A DNA stretch of 64,000 nucleotides, taken from the human T2T-CHM13v2.0 reference genome, Homo sapiens. The translations under genes were made by a program, and so were the position numbers. This document shows, one piece after another, positions 61,229-64,000 of the stretch (positions within the stretch are counted from its first letter, which is position 1; each line of letters opens with the position of its first letter). The stretch lies in assembly GCF_009914755.1 (NCBI RefSeq), contig NC_060942.1; one strand, written 5' to 3'. Under the pieces are notes generated by a model. That model did no database searches. It saw only the letters and a list, made by a program, of their open reading frames with translations, and was not told the DNA's origin.

Positions 61229-61949
61229 GTAAGGATAAGTCAATATGTGTCTCTAAACTCTGTGTTGTGTTGATAAGCAACCTGAGTCCACTTGCTAAAG
61301 AGGAAGCTGGCTGAAGTCTGCACCTGACATAGGCAGATCAGCAAGAAAGGAATGGGGCCATATTTTGGAATACCCCTTACAATCAGTTGTTCTAGAAGCT
61401 ATACAAAGTGACTCTGCGAATGAACACCATTTCTGTTTCATAAATGTGTGGCACATTCTGCAATTAAAATTAATTAAATTTAAATTTACTTTTCACAATT
61501 AAAAACCCATATATATTGCTAAACATTTCTTAAATGTTTCTTAGAAACATTTGGTTAAGGAAAAATTTAAGGATATACAAAGGTAAAGAGAATATATAAT
61601 GAACCCTATTTATCCATCACTCAATTGCAACATTTCTCACTAATGGCTGGCTTTATTCATGTAATCTCTCACCCTTTCTCCAACACTTCTTTAAGATTAT
61701 ATTGCAGCAAATTCTAGATATTCTATCATTTTCCTTCACATATTTCACTTTGTTTTTCTAAAAATATGGACAATTTTAATACAACCGCTACAATTCATTA
61801 CTTCTGAAAAATTAAAAATAATCCTTTAATGTTAAATATTCAGTGTGTTTTCATTTTTCCCCAGTTGGCTCTTTTTTTTTTGTTTGAATCAGGAACCAAA
61901 TAACATTGACATATCACAATTAGTTAATACATCCCTTAAATCTTGATTT

Positions 61950-63770
61950 TAAAAATAAACTTTATGATTTAAATATACATACATATAGAAAAGTAAATTA
62001 TTGTATGTGTGCTATTTGATAAATTATCACAAAGTGAATATACTCATGACTCAGGTCAGCAAAATAAGACATTAGTTGTTAGAAAGAGGCACTGCAAGGT
62101 CCCCCTTAAATCCTCTTCTGGAAATAAGCCCCTTTTTTCCCAAATGTTAAGGCTTCTCTGACTTCTGTTACCACTTATTAGTTCTGCCTGTTTTTAAATC
62201 TCATGTAATTGGAATCATAAGTTATGTGGGTTTTTTTTAGGTCAATAATTTGTGAGAGTCATCCATGTAGTTACACATTGCATGGTTTGTTCATTTTTAT
62301 TAATATACATTTCATTCTCAGAATATTCCAAATATACTTATCCATTTTACTGTTAGTAAATACTTAGGACATTTTTAGTTTGGATCTCTTATAAATAGTG
62401 CTGCTGTGAATATTTTTGATACATATCCCTGGTACACATATGTATGCACTTTTATTGGGTGTATACCTTGGAATGGAATTGCTAGTCATAAGGCATATAT
62501 ACATTCAATTGTAGTAGATGCCAAGCAATTTTCTTAAGTGGTTGTGTCAATTTATTTGCCCAAACAAGAAATGAGAATTTCATTTGTCCCTCCTCCTTGC
62601 CAACACTTGGTAGTGTAAGGCTTGTTAACTTTAGCCACTGTAGTTATTTTAATTTTAATTTGCATTTCCTTCATGAATTATATGGTTGAACAATTTTTCA
62701 TATGCTGCATATCCTCCTTTGTGAAGTTTCTGTTTAAATCTTTTGCCCACCTGTAAGAATGGTTTGTCTGTTTTTTTTTCTGATAAATTTTTAGGAGTTC
62801 TTTGCACATACTGGATACCTACGTTGCAAGTAACTTCTACTATTTTGCATCTTATCTTTCCCATCTCTTAGTGGTGTCTTAGATGAATGGAAGTTTCTAA
62901 TTTCAAAGGAATAAAATTTATGATCTTTTCCTTTATAGTTAGTGTCTTTGCACACATTTTTTGGACGATTTTAAAGAAATCTTGTCGTGAAAGTATTTTC
63001 TAGTTTGTGAAAATATTTTCGTATGTTATTTTCTAGAAGTTTTATTGTTTTATTAAAGTCAGGATTCATTTTAAAATTAGTTTCATTCCATGTGGATGTC
63101 TAATTGCTATGGCACTACTTATTGAACAAAGAATCCTTTCATTATTGCACTGTAATGTAAATTTTATCATAAATTAGATGACCATATGTGTGTGAATCTG
63201 CTCCTAGGTTTTCCATTCTCTTTCATTCGTCAATTTGTTTATTCTCATGATGATGCCACAATTATAGTAGCTTTATAATAACTCTTGGAAGCTGGAAGTG
63301 TAATCCCTCCAATGTTGATCTCTTCTAGGGTTGCCTTGCCAAATCTTGATCCTTTGTATTTCCATATACGTTTTAAAATTAGCTTGTTAACTTCCATAGA
63401 ATATATCAGTTGAAATGTTAATAGGATTTATATAGAATCTATAGATTTGGAGAGAAAATACATCTTTATTCAAATTCTAATCCATGACCATGAAATTTAC
63501 CTCTATACAGGTCTTCCTTAATTTTTTCTTTTGATAACATTTTGTATTTTCCTATGTTGAAGTTTTGTACATTTTTTGATAAACTGATCCTAGGTGGTAT
63601 TTGAGGTGTTTGGTGAATTTTAGCTGGTATCTATTATTTTGGTTTATTTGTTGTTGATGTATAAGTATATACTTTACTTTTGTATATTAACATTGCTGAA
63701 TTCACTTAATAATTCTAGTTTAGCTTTATATTATTTTAGATTTCTTTTAGCATAAGGACAATGCTTTCTA
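61950..63770 (-). mobile_element. Old L1M fragment in SERPINB11 intron 5
   Basis: Antisense L1 ORF2/3'UTR motifs (ggaattgctagtcata, ttgccaacacttggt, gaatctatagatttgg); ends approximate. Confidence 0.75.
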
Positions 63771-64000
63771 ATATATTTTTCTCCCATTATATCACTTAAC
63801 AGTGATGAGCTCTCAATAGTATCTTTTTGATTGAGGAACTGACAGATGTCAAGTTTAGTAATAGGTGACCAGATTAAAATATATATCCATTATATTATTT
63901 GTATTAAGTCAGAAAATGCTTTGAAAGGTGTATTTTTTTTTCATATCTGTTAATTTACTTAGCACAGTGGTGTAAAAATATGCCTCTCTCTTGTGCTAAC

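Overview
AT-rich, repeat-dense primate genomic DNA, recognisable as part of the human clade B serpin cluster (18q21.3). The left end holds the complete SERPINB3 (SCCA1) gene on the minus strand: 7 coding exons summing to 1173 nt (390 aa), plus a non-coding exon 1. The right end holds the 5' half of SERPINB11 on the plus strand (a probable non-coding exon 1 and coding exons 2-5), here with an in-frame TAA at codon 90 (the known null allele). The genes are divergent and about 41 kb apart. The gap is mostly transposon-derived: solo LTRs (THE1A, MER11, MST, ERV1-class), a full-length dead L1PA nested in an older L1, Alus, L2, a MER53 MITE and microsatellites. I found no support for a new protein-coding system; the other ORFs are repeat-derived or spurious. 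The best leads are regulatory or structural: (1) a THE1A LTR with an intact DUX4 motif and splice donor pointing at SERPINB11; (2) a candidate intronic exon giving an in-frame N-terminal extension of SERPINB11; (3) ways around the codon-90 stop; (4) octamer/AP-1 and STAT motif clusters; (5) an inverted pair of MER11 LTRs; (6) two templated-insertion scars. Repeat subfamily names are from memory of consensus sequences, not from a search.
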